Below, piece by piece: positions 26,812 through 39,619 of a stretch of 64,000 bases of DNA; within the stretch, counting starts at the first letter, position 1; each line of letters opens with the position of its first letter. Location: assembly GCF_009834535.1 (NCBI RefSeq), contig NC_045726.1:4836001-4900000 (forward strand). Direction: 5' to 3'. A program made the translations under genes and the position numbers. The stretch comes from Camelus ferus (lineage: Eukaryota). The notes under the pieces are model-generated. The model worked only from the letters and a program-made list of their open reading frames with translations, was not told where the DNA came from and searched no databases.

Positions 26812-26922
26812 GTGTTTGGTGATGGAATCTGTGTGTCTGGGCTGTCTGAGTTTCATCCCTGAACGACCCGGGTCTCTGGAAACTCCCAGTCCTGGCAAAC
26901 TGAGACGTCAGTGGCCCTGCAA
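26812..26922. mobile_element. hAT-Blackjack MITE (MER94-like)
   Basis: ctgaacgacccgggtctctggaaactcccagtcctggcaaactgagacg...ccctg parallels MER94 ctgaaagtcccgcgtcccgggaaacccctcagtcccgggcaaaccgggacg...cccta. Confidence 0.55.
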
Positions 26923-28301
26923 TGAGGTCATTCCATTTAAATAAAACTGCCCACTTATTTTCATTTCACTGTATTTGAAGAAATGCAATGATGTTTCAAG
27001 ATAAATAAGAATGTTAAGTGCCTATTATTTTAAAAATATTTGACTAGACAGTCAACAGATTTATTTCAAATAATCTATTTTAAGTAGACATTTAACTAAT
27101 TATTCACGAAAAGCTTTATTTTGGGCATAATACAATTAAATCTGAAGTCGTAACCACAATAGACCCCTGAAAGACACGTTACGTAGTAAAATCAGAAACA
27201 TTAATTAAGACTGTTCTAAACCCTTTGTTAGGCCCTGAAATAATAAGATAAATAAAATGCAGTCTTTTTTTCTGGGAGCCTACAGCTCCAAGTTTCCAAG
27301 TTTCTGAGTTTCTATGGAGACAATTTTGCCATTTTACAAGTCAGAGTAGATAATTGTATGTGTTCATGAGACTCAAAACTGGTTTACTTCATAAAGATTG
27401 ACTAGTGATTTTTTTTTTGTCTTAAGTATAGTGTGCATAGATAGGCTACATTTTGGTCCTGTTTGTCTTAAAGTGGGCTTACTCTTTTGGAAGCAAGAGT
27501 TATTTCAATCAATTAAATACTAATTTTCAAAAAAGTAATAAATAATTGTATTTTTGTATCATGGAGTCACGAAACTACATTCTTAACGTTCTAGAATTTG
27601 ATGGCTATGTAAATATCTAAGACATTGCCTAGAGAAACAGCAGGTGCGTAGTGATTGGTGGTTTTCCTCGTCTTTTTGTCAGGTATCTGGTACCTGTATG
27701 GCGCTGTGTCTTACAAACAATGCCAAAACTTTGGCTAGTTTTCTAGACTGGCTCAGCTAAAACAGTTTTGCACACACAGAGATGAAAAATTTATATTCAC
27801 ACGAAAGAGAACGTATTTTCTCTAGTGCGAGTGATAAGACCAAAAAAGTACAAGTTAATACAAATTATTTTTAAGGTTTCTCCCTCTCGAAACCATCACA
27901 GTCTTTTGGCAATGCGTATTTGACCATGTCACTTCTCTGTATGCACACCCACACACACACACACCCCCTCACAGTTAAAACTCCTCATTGGATTCTCATT
28001 AGATTAAAGATTAGGACCAAGATGAGAATATTTGATTGTTTCTTTTCTGCACTGACCTGCAGCCTCGGTTATTCAGGGACCACATCTGGATTTGCTCAGC
28101 ACTGAGCCCTCCCGGCCCCGCAGTGCCTCGCTGTGAGTCAAGGCCAGATTTGTGTAAACATACAAACTCAGGTTTCTCCTTATATGCTGGCATTTGAGGA
28201 AAAACAGATTAATTACCAAAGGATGGTAAGGAAGATGACAGTCACTTGAAAGATAACTTCAGGGGAATTTTAAAGTTTCAGAGAGTGATATTTGTTCCTT
28301 A

Positions 28302-28307
28302 CTATAC

Positions 28308-28376
<69 letters not shown>
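28302..28376. repeat. Compound (TA)n plus pure T36 tract
   Basis: Directly visible; T run at 28341-28376. Confidence 0.95.
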
Positions 28377-29648
28377 CGCGATTCATGCTGCGGGTACACA
28401 CCAACCACCCCACTAACATTTACGAGCCATAATTGAGAATAATGTTCTTTGAATTCACAAAATGTCAGAAGAGAAGGAAAGAAAACATTTTCAAATAATT
28501 GAACAGCAGTTAGAAGTCGTAAGAATTGATTTGGCAGGATGTGTATTTGTGTGTAAGGAGAATTTGTGTAAAGTAGTGTTTGCTAATCTGAGCGTGTCCA
28601 AGATCAGAGAAGCTTACATAAACGGGAAGAAGCTGACACGAGTCAGGTGATTCCTGGGCCAGGGAACCAGTTACAGCTCCATGAATTCTCCCTGAGCTGG
28701 AAGGAGAGTTGGGGGGAAGTGTGGACGGTCTGCCCGTCTCATGTATAGAATCGAGGGAAATCAGCAGGGGCAGGAGCTGTTTTAATAATCAGAACTGATG
28801 AACTTACATGTTCTGGAAGACGGTCACATTGACAAAGACAGAGGAAATTATCGATTGCTGTTTTTTTCCGTAAAAACATATCACCTCATTGTATGCGAAT
28901 CCTTAGCAAATTAACGACACTTACAACAAATTAGAAACATTAACACACTCCTACATTTGGAATTTGATTAAATCACTTCGAATTCAGTAGAACTACTTGG
29001 ATTCCGTGTGGTGTGATTTGACTTAATACAGAAATAAGTGAATGATACAGAAAGATACTTAAGTGACAGCTCATACCCCAGAGGTAAATGGATGTCAGTG
29101 ATGTTTTTAATGAGCAGCACAGATGGAAATTAATAGCTTCCCATAGAATCCCATTCCAGCATTAAATCATACTGTAGTTAAAAATTATTCGGGGCACATA
29201 TAAACTCTCTCTGGAGCATTTCAAGTGCCTGCAATTTTACTGGTCTTTTGTGAGGCTGGAACACAGTTCTGTGCTGTTTATGGTTCATTCCACGTCTATT
29301 TGAAAGAGGCTTTTGCAACTGTTTGTTTTATATTTTGCAGCCCAGGGAAGTCGGTATGTGCCATGGCTAGGCAGGACATCGCTTCCTTCTCTGGAATACT
29401 TTGGTCATTGTTTTTTTTCCCTCCAACTATTTAAGTCCCTATAGAGTCCTCTTAAAATGTAAAAGAAGTTAAAAGCTCATTAGCTTAGACTGGCCATGAG
29501 GTGATAATTACTGAAGCTGGCTAGTAGATGCGCATGTTTACTTTACTGTCCTTCCTTTTGCATATGTTTCACTGTTTTCTCCAGTAAACGTTTCAAAACA
29601 CATTAAAAGAGCCTAGTAGATAAGGGACTACGTAAGTATGCATGTGTC

Positions 29649-29680
29649 TGCATGTGCACACGTGTGCACGTGTGCACACG
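29649..29680. repeat. 32-bp alternating purine-pyrimidine tract with a 16-bp palindrome
   Basis: tgcatgtgcacacgtgtgcacgtgtgcacacg; palindrome gtgcacacgtgtgcac at 29654-29669; two CACGTG. Confidence 0.9.
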
Positions 29681-30114
29681 GCCCTAGCTGGTTCTTGGAT
29701 TTTTTGGATTCAGGGTTCATGACTGTTTCTTTGGATCCTATAGCCCTGTGCGTCTATGATTTTGGATGATATTAGTAAGGTTACTTTGTTCTGTAAAAAA
29801 TAACTAAATCTTACTCCAGCAAGATACTGCTCCCAGTCCCCTTTCATTATTTTTAATGTCCCAGTGCTTATGTGATTCTGACAAAGGCCTGAAGAGTGCA
29901 GCTCTCCCCAGATGAGTTGTTCATTGACGTCTCCTCCTGAAGGTACCGTTTTAGGGGAGACCGAAGACGGGGAGGGCTGGTACTTTATTCCCCCGTCTTT
30001 GACTGTGACGACTTCTACAGCCTTCCTGGGATAACGAGATCACAAACTCCTGGAGCTGTTAGGGTTTGTACTTCAGGTCTGTCTTTGTGGATTGCTGAAA
30101 TCATTAGGAGTAAC

Positions 30115-30250
30115 AGCATTTACTGAGCACCTGCTGCGTTACCAGGCAGCGTGCTGAATGCTTCACGTGCCTCCTACCCCTCACAGCGCCGCCTCAAGTA
30201 GGTTCTGTTACCCTTATTTGCAGACGAAGAAAGCTCAGGAGAGGGTTTGG
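30115..30250 (-). mobile_element. MIR SINE
   Basis: agcatttactgagcacctgctgcgttaccaggcagcgtgctgaatgcttcac...aagtagg...ttatttgcagacgaagaaa. Confidence 0.65.
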
Positions 30251-31127
30251 TACTTTATAAGCATTTTGTAAATTTTGTGTCTACTGTTTTTATGTGTAGT
30301 TTAAATATAAACTCTCATAATCATTATTAAAAATTTTTTGAACCTTCTGATTACACTCGTGGTCTCTTCCATACCATTTAAGTAAACGTAATCTTACTAC
30401 TTTCTTAGGTTTTACTCATCTTTCATATAAGACAAATGATACGAAATTTAGAAGGAAAGCCCCTAATTTGGCACTTGTGGAAATGTGGACACTTACTGAC
30501 TCGAAGTCAAACTGTGCTCTGTGGAAGTGTTTATGGATGCGCGGTCCACGGTCCACTGACGGTCCTCAGAAGGAGTGACCAGGGTCTGTGGACCAGTTAG
30601 AGCTCATCGGGCTGTCAGGTGCGTCAAAGAATCTTAGGGAACCTCTGATGCTTTTGCGTCATCCGTCTTTAAGCAAAGTTGAGTCGCCTGCTTGGCAGAC
30701 TCACTGGGTTTTTCCTAGACGGTAACAAAAGGAGGTTTTCCTATGTGAGATAATCTAACGCTGCTGCTCGTGGCACGTGAGAAACGGAAACGGTCAAGAC
30801 TCCATCCACAGTGGTGCTGTTCCGAGCAAAGTCAGGCGCTGACCAAGGTCCACATTTAACACCTGCTAAACAGCAGGTGACACGTGACAGACTGTTAGGT
30901 ACTGGGGATTCATGGTGAAGAAAGCTCTGGTCTTTATTGGGAGGAGCCAGGCAACAGCCAAGTCAAGGTTAATTTCAGAAAGTGACAAGTGCTCTGAAGA
31001 GACCAGAGAGCTTCATGCTGGTGGGGTAAACGCTCAGCAGCCATGCTCCAGTCTCGCTTTGCCTGCTGCCTGCAGCCTGCACCCCTTCCGACTGGTGCTC
31101 GTGCTTTAGAGAGCATTAAATAGCATA

Positions 31128-31238
31128 CATTTATTTATTTACTTTAAATTAAATTAAATTTTTAACTGAAGTATAGTCAGTTACAGTGTGTCAGTTTCTG
31201 GTGTGCAGCATCATGTCCCAGTCATGCATATATATATG

Positions 31239-31289
<51 letters not shown>

Positions 31290-31430
31290 CTATTTGTTTT
31301 AATATTATTTTTCATTAAAGGTTATTACAAGATATTGAATATAGTTCCCTGTGCTACACAGAAGAAATTTGTTCTTTTTTAAAATCTATTCTTACATATA
31401 GTGGTTAACATGAACAAATCTCAAACTTCC
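31128..31430 (-). mobile_element. Camelid-type L1 3' end with internal (CA)n
   Basis: gaagtatagtcagttacagtgtgtcagtttctggtgtgcagca...ggttattacaagatattgaatatagttccctgtgct...caaatctcaaact. Confidence 0.9.
31242..31288. repeat. (CA)n microsatellite, about 23 units
   Basis: Directly visible; expanded within the L1 tail. Confidence 0.95.
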
Positions 31431-33329
31431 AAATGAGATCATTGAATAACATTTAGCACCCTTCCTGGATGTGATGGTAAGTGACTGGGAGTGTGGTACT
31501 ACAGCTTGAGATGTTACTGGGGAGCGGCTTTTAACTGAGATCAAGATGATGAGAGGAAGTGGCCCTGTGAAATAGAGAGCAGCACCCTCCACCCCTGGGT
31601 CCGAGGGACAAGCTCATGCAAAGGCACTGTGGCCCTTCTGTGTAAGAGAAAGGACACTTACCTGGCCGGAAGATCCTGTGTGAAGGGAACACTGGGAGCA
31701 GACAGTCAGATGGGTGTCAATGACACACATCGTGCAAGAGTGACTATCTGTACATATGATCAATATTTTGTTCAATCAGTGAGGGAGGTCCTGATGTGAA
31801 TCCATTTTCAGTTAGTATGTGGGGAAATACACAGTGACCTTTCTCACTATGATTAGAGAAGGTGTTTGGTATACATAACAAGCAGAGGTCACTATGTTTG
31901 TCCCAAGTAGGGTTTTGACAGGCAAATAAAATGGTGAGCATCTACATGTCAGCTACCCAGCCAGGAGCTGGCAGTGTGCCCTTCTGGATTTGATGTCCAA
32001 GTAGAGAGCAGACATTGTGACTGAGGGTCATCGTGGCCACTGAGAGTCTGACTTTGCAGGCTGCAGTTCAAAGATGCAGGCTGGACGTGAAGACAAGACT
32101 CAGCTTCCCCTCTGAAGTGTGCTAGCTGCCAAGGAGAAGGTTGCTCCTGGGAGCTTTTCAGCTGAGAGATGAGATGTCTTTACAGATTCACAGCACCAGT
32201 AAAAGATTAAGATCTGTTTCTGTGAGTTCAGGCACTTTTGCTTTGTGACGTTTCTCAGAATCACATGTAGTACCTTGAATGGTCTGAATGTATTACTTTA
32301 GTGACAACACGATCTTAGTGTTGATGATAAGACAACAGATTTCTTGTCTGAATTGGTGCACGCAGCTTGATTGTCAAGAATGTGGTTCTTTTTCAGCCCG
32401 CAAATGTCTTCTTCGCTTGTCAGATTAAAAAAAAATGAATGACAACGTGTGATATAGTTTAAAAACAAGTTTAAATACCGCAACAGAACATGAAGAAACA
32501 TTTTGCATAAATAAATACAGAAAATGAGAATTCGAAATATGTTTACCCCTGTGCCCCTTCCTGATCGGTAAAATGCTTTTGAATATGATGTTGTAATTAA
32601 TTCAGCGCCTTTTAGCACAAAGGACCTGGTATTTAGTGTGAAATCTCCTAATAATTTGGATGTATTTCATGTTTGATCCAAATACCTAAAACTATAAGGC
32701 AGAAACACAAAACATTAAAATTCATTTTAGCCAACTTGTGTTTCTTAAGTCTTAATATACATTAAAAATTTCTGAATTGGTAGAAATGAAGAATAAATGA
32801 AGTAATTAACTGGATACAGGGCCTGATTTGCAATCCCAGGTTATTGGTTACTAGGCCTAAGATAAATAAGTTGGTGAAAAAATTTCAAGTAATGTCATCT
32901 ATCTTACTGACATAAAATATTTTTAATATTGTTAATTTAAGTAGGGTTATTTATTTTATTATTTAAAAGCTTGTGGTAATTCTGTTTCTCAATTTATCTA
33001 GAATCAATATCCTGTGAATCTGATGAAGGCGCAGTATGGGGTCCACAAGTGGGAAACGCTGCTCTATGAATTACTCGATTTGTGCTGCAAATGGGATTTC
33101 CTGAGTGCACAGGGAAGACTGATTTAGGGTTTAGGAATAACAGTTAATTGGAAAAGAGTTCATTATCCTAAACATAATGAGTGGGAAAGTCCATTAGTTC
33201 TGAAGTCTTTTCTGTAACTAGATTTAGATCTATAGCAATGCAATTATGATTGCATCAAATCAGTGGTTTAGACCTGACCGTTGTCAACTGAATGACTTTT
33301 TTTTTGAAAGTGTTCTTTCTTTCCTTTAG

Positions 33330-33407
33330 GGTGTTAAGTGAGTGTTCATGTGTACCCTGGCAGATAATGGTTTCTGCACCTGAATGCTATGGTATCAAGA
33401 TCGGAAG
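33330..33407 (+). other. Candidate 78-nt exon, gene unidentified
   Basis: ttctttctttcctttag acceptor; AAG|gtaagt donor; one frame open (VLSECSCVPWQIMVSAPECYGIKIG). Confidence 0.35.
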
Positions 33408-33569
33408 GTAAGTTTGTATAGTTACAAAAATTTAAAAAAAAAAGGCAGATAACGAAAAAGATTATCAGCACTACAAGGCAACAGCCAAACCCAGAACTTG
33501 AGCCCTTCTCAGCGCAAATGATCTGTTTTCTACAATAGAGCAATGGCATTAAAAAAAAAAAAGTGGGAG

Positions 33570-33975
33570 TGGGTTGTTAAGGAGCAGAGTAAAGAGTCTA
33601 AAGATGAAATGCAGAGTGTAGACCTTATTTTTGATCCTGCTTCAGAGAAAACAACTAAAAAATTAATTGTTGAGATAAAAGGACAATTAAACTTGTATCA
33701 ATGATATTAAAAAATTGTTGGAACTTTTGGTATGACGATGATGCCGCGGTGGTGATATTAAAACCTGCTTTTATTTGTTAAAATGAATTGCTTATGTATT
33801 TACAGATGAACGACATATCTGAGTTTTCCTTTAAAATACTCAGAAAAAGAATTTGAGGGGTGGGGGGAATACTTGGTGTGCAAAATGCTGATAAATACCG
33901 CAGCTGGGCGAGTGGTACGTGCATTTCCATCATATCGCTCTGTGCCGTTTGCGTGCGTGCTGTATTTTCCACGTT
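33570..33975 (+). mobile_element. L1MC-like 3' end
   Basis: tttaaaatactcag...caaaatgctgataaat...gctgggcgagtggtacgtgcatttccatcata...ttttccac. Confidence 0.6.
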
Positions 33976-34204
33976 AGTAGGTCATTTCCCATGTTTGTTG
34001 AGGCCACCCGTCAGAGCAGTACACGCATCCCCATTATACCGCTCTTCCCTCAGGTTCACGAACGCTGGTGTTTCAAGGACCTCAGTCACCAGCACATTGT
34101 CCGATGTGACGCCATGGTAGCCTGTGACTTCAGAAGTATAGCCAAAGTCTGCAGTTACACGGGAGAACTCTGTCTTAATCCTCTTTTATTCAGTTAATCC
34201 CCAT

Positions 34205-34850
34205 ATTATGGCTTTTCTTTTTTTCTTATTTAAACATTTTAAAAAATTTGAAATATATGCAGACAAGTGCATAAAAACAAATGCAGAGTTTCATAAATAA
34301 TTAAAAAGCAAATACTGTGTAATCTTCACCCGTATTAAGAAATAAGCCATTGTAAGAAGAGAAGATCACTTTCTGTTCCTTCTGTTCCTTCCCCCCTCAC
34401 CTCGAGGAAGTTCTCAGCTCTGACTGAAGTTGTGCCTGTTCTGGAGTTTCCTACACATGGAATGAGATGGTGCGGGTTACTCTCCTTTGCTGCTTCTGGG
34501 CAGCGCTACGTGTGTGAGGCTGGCTCGTGCTTCTGCCCGTGGCTGTGATTCAGTCATTCTCACAGCCCTGCAGCGCAGCAGTGCTGCTGGGGATGCTGCC
34601 GTGCGTGTCACGCTGGGCCGGGGGCCGCGGGCTCCTGGAGGCTGAAGCGCGGGAGCAGAACGCCCACGCCCCAGATCTGCTGCCCTTGAACAGGTGCCCG
34701 ATCACGTACGCTTGTCCTGCCTGCTTCACCAGCACATGCATGAAGTGTCGGCTCCTTAACTTCATCCCGCTTCCCCTGATAGGCAGTATTTTCATTGTTA
34801 TCGACTTACAAATGTTTCTCCCTTTTGCTGTTATTTCATCTTTAACCTGA
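34205..34850 (-). mobile_element. L1ME-like 3' region, partly GC/CpG-shifted
   Basis: aagcaaatactgtgtaatcttcacccgtattaagaaataagccattg; cacatggaatgagatggtg; caccagca...atgaagtgtc. Confidence 0.55.
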
Positions 34851-35164
34851 CTTAGAAGAGCATTTCTTTAAAAAAAAAAATTGAAACTGAAATAAACACA
34901 GAAAACTTCACAAATGTAATCATTACAGCAAAAATGGATAGCTCCATGTATCTACCCCTCAGGAGGCCCTCTCGTGCCTTCTTCCAGGGCCAGGAGGGGG
35001 TCCCCAAGGCCAGGAGCGGGTCAAGGGGTTACGGTTAAGAAGACACTGTTCAGGGCGGAACAAGTGGAGAGTCGGCACTTGCCTGCGCGTGGATGCCTCC
35101 TTCAGCTTTGCCTCCGCGGTGTCTCACTCTCTCCTAACCCCAGTTCAGGGTTCAGACAACGTGT

Positions 35165-35262
35165 AAATAAATGACCATGGCTGTGTTCCAATTAAACTTT
35201 ACTTAAAAAATAAGCAACAGGCCAGCAATTGCCTGTGGACTGTAGTTTCCTGACTCCTGACC
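35165..35262. mobile_element. MER58A-like hAT-Charlie MITE end
   Basis: catggctgtgttccaattaaactttacttaaaaaa...ggccag...gtggactgtagtttcctgactcctg. Confidence 0.75.
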
Positions 35263-35451
35263 CAGACTCTTCCTTCCGACCTGTCTGCCCGCTCACTGAT
35301 TCTCCCTTCAGCTTCATCTAATCTGTCATTAGTCTCATTTGCTTAATTGCTGTTTCATTTCCAGGATATCTATTTGCATTTTTTTTCAAATCTGTGCTGT
35401 TACTATACAATTTTCTATTTCCTGTGTTTTTAAAAAACACTGTTTTCTTGC

Positions 35452-35588
35452 TTTTTTTTTTAGGATGGGGGAGGCAATTAGGTTTATTTATTTTTTGATT
35501 ATTATTTTTTAATGGAGGCACTGGGGTTGGAGCCCAGGACCTTGTGCGTGCTAAGCACACCGTCTACCTCTGAGCTCCGCCCCGCCCC
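35452..35588 (-). mobile_element. Vic-1-type camelid tRNA-derived SINE
   Basis: Reverse reads ggggcggggcggagctcagaggtagacggtgtgcttagcacgcacaaggtcctgggctccaaccccagtgcctccatt, then the aataaacctaattgcctccccc tail and poly-A. Confidence 0.9.
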
Positions 35589-35857
35589 TGTTTCCCAGGT
35601 GTTTTAAGCTTGACTCTCGTTTTTAAACTACAGATGTTGATGAAGTGAATTAACCGATCAGTTAATTGTTAGCGGTTTTATGGTCTGTTATTGTTAATTC
35701 CAGTATTCGAAGTTGTGTGGCTTGCTTTTGACTTTCACTCATATTTATTTCCTCGAGGGCTTATTTATCACTTACCATATACTGCTCGATATCCTTGTGA
35801 ACGTTTTTTTTTGTTGAGATAACTTGAGGCCTAGGATGTAGGTGTGTCCATCTAGAA

Positions 35858-36042
35858 CGGTGGTTCTCCAGGTGTGGTCCCTGGACCAGCAACTTCAGCA
35901 TCACTTGAGAGTTTGTTGGAAATGTCAGTTCCCGGGTTCCATGCTGGACCTACTGAATCAGAAAGCATGGGGCTGAGGTCCAGCGTTTATGTGCTTTCAC
36001 AACTCTCTGTGTGATTCTGATGCTTAAGTTGGGGAACCACTG
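35858..36042. mobile_element. MER5A hAT-Charlie MITE, near full length
   Basis: TIR-like ends cggtggttctc / gaaccactg; gtgtggtccctggaccagca; gacctactgaatcagaaa; gtgattctgatgc. Confidence 0.9.
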
Positions 36043-37636
36043 CTTTCAGGAAGATTTTCAGTGTTTATGTTCAGCACCTCGTCTATCTGGAATCTGGTTA
36101 AATTCATGAGTTTTTGGGCCTCTTGGGGGATGTCAATTTGAGTGGCTAACCTGGTTGACTTGCATGGTCCACTGTGGCCTCAGTCTCCTCTGAGACCCTC
36201 CACCTTGAGCAGATCTTAGATTTTGATTTCTGTTTCCCATATTTTGTATGCCTCTTCCAACCAAAATTCAGAGTTTCCAAGTAGCAAAGCCTTCAGATGA
36301 AAGGAACATCGGTGCCCCCCTTTTCTCTGGATTCAAATTTACCCCTCAGATCTGGCTAAATTGCATATCATCTTAGCTGCCTGATGCTTCTAAGAAGACG
36401 TTTGTATATTTCATCCAGCAATTTCAGTTTGTTTCTAGACAGAGAGTTAGTTCCAATTTCCTAGACCACCATTATAGGAAATGACCTCATGAGCTATTTC
36501 TAGGATTCCCTGTTCTCACTTGAACATGAAAAAACAGAAAATGTAAAGGCAGTTCACCTTAGTGGGGACATGACCCTGATACAAAATGTTCTTTAAAATG
36601 CTTACCTTGTGTTTTGAGACTTATGCCTTAAATATACACAGGTTTACTCTCCAGGAAAGTGTGTTGGCCATGGTAAAACCGCTCCTTTTGGATGCTGGAA
36701 GTTCCTGTGCTTTGTTCACACATCACGAGTCGTCAAGAGTGATGTAACTGCCCCCGAGACATAAATTTAATCTTTGATGGTTTCTCTTCACGTACTTGTT
36801 ATGAAAAATGTTCATATTGGCAGGAAGTTGATGGGTTTTACCATTCTGCGGTGGAATGTTGCCATAAGGAAGTGAATTTATTGACTGTTCGATGAAAATA
36901 ATGTATTTATGCAAAATGTTTCTGTAAAGCAACGTCTGCTTTTTGCTTGAGGGGATGTATTCACACAAGAGTGTAGACAGAGAAGTAAGTGAAGTTAATG
37001 AAATTTAAGACCCCAAATATCTTTACCAGGACCATTTTATAGATAATGTGAAAATACTGTCTTTGCATGGACAGATACCGAAATTTTGTAAAATGACAGT
37101 GATCTGTGTGGCAGACCTGATGGCGTTTAACTAGCGGGTGGGTTCTAGAGACGGGCGCGCGGACGCTGTGAAAAGGGACCAAATGTAATTCTCTAGAGAA
37201 ACTCAGATTAAAATTGTCTCCCTGTGTATATTTAAATGTCTGTTCTGTCCTTTGAAAACGCTGTGTTCAGACAACTAAAATAAATGCCAAGGAGCCTGGA
37301 AAACCAGTGGTCCCGATAGAAACACGCCATGGAGGTTATACAACAAGAAGAAAGGATTTAAAATGTCACCTCAGAAAATTTACCTGGCTTGTGGTTGGTA
37401 ATCAGATCTCTTCCTTTTTTAACCTCAATCTCAGCCTGCATCTTCCAGTGCCATCTGTTAGGTTCACCTGGGAAAGGAAGCACGGTCGAATGTCTGGGCT
37501 TGTGTGTGCAGCACGTTTGTGGTGATTTCTGTGAAATGAACCTGTGAGTGAGCTTGTGTGTATGTTCAGGTGATACGGTTTCCAGATCTAGCAAAGTCAT
37601 TTATTGATCTTTTCCTCAATTCTACAGCTGGAATTT

Positions 37637-38159
37637 TTTTTAAAGTGTAGTTGATCTATAATGTTTCAGGTGTACAGCAAACCGATTCAGTTGTAAATAC
37701 ATATATATACACATGTATTATTTTTCAGATTCTTTTCCATCGTAGGCTATTACAAGATATTGCATATAGTTCCCTGTGCTGTACAGTAGGTCCTTGTTTG
37801 TTATATATAAAATAGTGTTTATCTGCTAATCCCAAACTCTGATTTATCCCCCACCTTTCCCTTTGGTACCCTTAAGTTTATTTTATATGCCTGTGAGTCT
37901 GTTTCTGTTTTTGTAAGTAAATTCATTTGCATCATTTTTTTTACATGTAAGTGATATCATATGATATTNNNNNNNNNNNNNNNNNNNNNNNNNNNNNNNN
38001 NNNNNNNNNNNNNNNNNNNNNNNNNNNNNNNNNNNNNNNNNNNNNNNNNNNNNNNNNNNNNNNNNNNNNNNNNNNNNNNNNNNNNNNNNNNNNNNNNNNN
38101 NNNNNTCACCTGTCACTGGGCATTTAGGTTGCTTCCATGGCTTGGCTGTCGTAAACAGC
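37637..38159 (-). mobile_element. 5'-truncated L1 3' end with 13-bp TSD
   Basis: TSD ACAGCTGGAATTT at 37624-37636 and 38160-38172; contains gap 37969-38105. Confidence 0.92.
37969..38105. other. Assembly gap (137 N)
   Basis: N run inside L1. Confidence 1.
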
Positions 38160-39619
38160 ACAGCTGGAATTTGGATGTCTGTGATATGAGTCTAGAGCTA
38201 AAATTCCCATTAGGTCCTACTGCTTTAGTGGGTAACTGATCTGAGCCAGATTGGCCCTTTTCAGAAGCTCAGAAACAAGGATGACCACCTTCAGGCTCAC
38301 GGGAAAGCTCTTTCTATTAGAGCACAGTCTCAGGACCTCATCTGCCACTGGTGTCTCTCAGATGCTCATGTGCCTCTCAGGCTGCTTGCTGAAAACCCAC
38401 AGGCTGAGCCATGGGAGCGACGGTCCAAAGGCTTTAGACACATTCTCTGCCTAATACTACCGCATGAACTATGCTTTCCTTTCATTTATTATATCCCAAG
38501 TAAATGTGGTTAAGATAGAAAAGAGGATACAAAATTATTTTTTTCCTACTGAATCTGTAAAGCTGGCCTGTTTTTAGCCAGTTGCTTCCTTATATTCTTC
38601 TGCCTTGCCTTTCCCTTCAAAAACCCTGGACCTAAGCACCTGTCATGTGTCGAAGACTGTGTAGAATATCCAAAGACCCCACCTCTGTGCTTGGGGAGCC
38701 CCATCTAGTAGGTACGTAGAAACACATGAGTACCTGGTCTGGTTTTAAAACAGAGGTAGAGGCAGCGATTTGTGGGGATTTACGTAACTGCGGTGGGAAT
38801 TTCTTACTACAGCAGGCACACATTTTTATTTGAAAAGTACTCTTTTCTTATAAATATAGTGGAGCCAACACAGTTCATAGTTTACAGGTCATGAAAATCG
38901 CCAAGGAAGGCAGACTCACCTGGTAGATGCACTGAAGAACTGGTCCTGGAGGTTTGCTGAGACCGTCAGCAAGGCTCTCAGTCCACTAACTCCGTTCTCA
39001 GGGGAGTTCTAAGGCACTTGGGGTGAGGAGAGTGTGTCTAGCAGGTAACTGGACAGGGCCGCCTCCACCCACTTCTCATGTCACAGGGTCTGCTGTGTGC
39101 TCGTCCTGCCCGGAGCAACACGATTGGCTGTTTGGTGGACGTGAAGTGATGTTACTAACAGGATTGCAGTGACAGTTGTCACAGCCTTGTACTTCAGGAA
39201 AGCATCCAGCTGGATGTTGAAGGCACTTTCAGAGCATGGCTGCTGAGTGCAGGGACATCTGGTCGACCCACCGTTCGGAAGCTTGCTCCTTTGTTTACAG
39301 CAGAGCCAGGAGGAGTGAAATGGCTCTGGGCAGGCTGGGGGTGGGGGTGGCTCCAGTGATTTGTCAGCGGTTTTTACCAACAGTTACACTAAACCAGACC
39401 TGTTCCTACCGTGAGTCTAAATGACAGGTGCACAGTCAGGCACAAGTTCTCTCTGGGTGTTGCAGTTAAACTGCTGTGTTATTTAACCTTTGGGAGGAGG
39501 AGCTGGAGGTGAAGGGGGTGCAGGGAGATGAGTGCTGGGGCTGTGCTTGCCTCCGGGCGGCCAGGCGTCTACACTCTGTGGACGACGCTTGTGTATCTGG
39601 AATATCCAAGCGAGCATCT

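Larger units (their letters stand above)
35290..36470 (-). mobile_element. L1ME-like 5'/ORF1 region, host to Vic-1 and MER5A
   Basis: T-rich plus strand; tttcatttccaggatatctattt, aaattcagagtttccaagtagc, atcttagctgcctgatgc. Confidence 0.5.

Noticed and set aside
35510-35588. tRNA gene (also 58155-58225)
   Set aside because: The tRNA-like head is followed by the Vic-1 tail and is diverged; these are SINEs.
39081-39380. Minus ORF containing ESAFNIQLDAFLKYK
   Set aside because: Looks protein-like but has no convincing donor and no recognised family.
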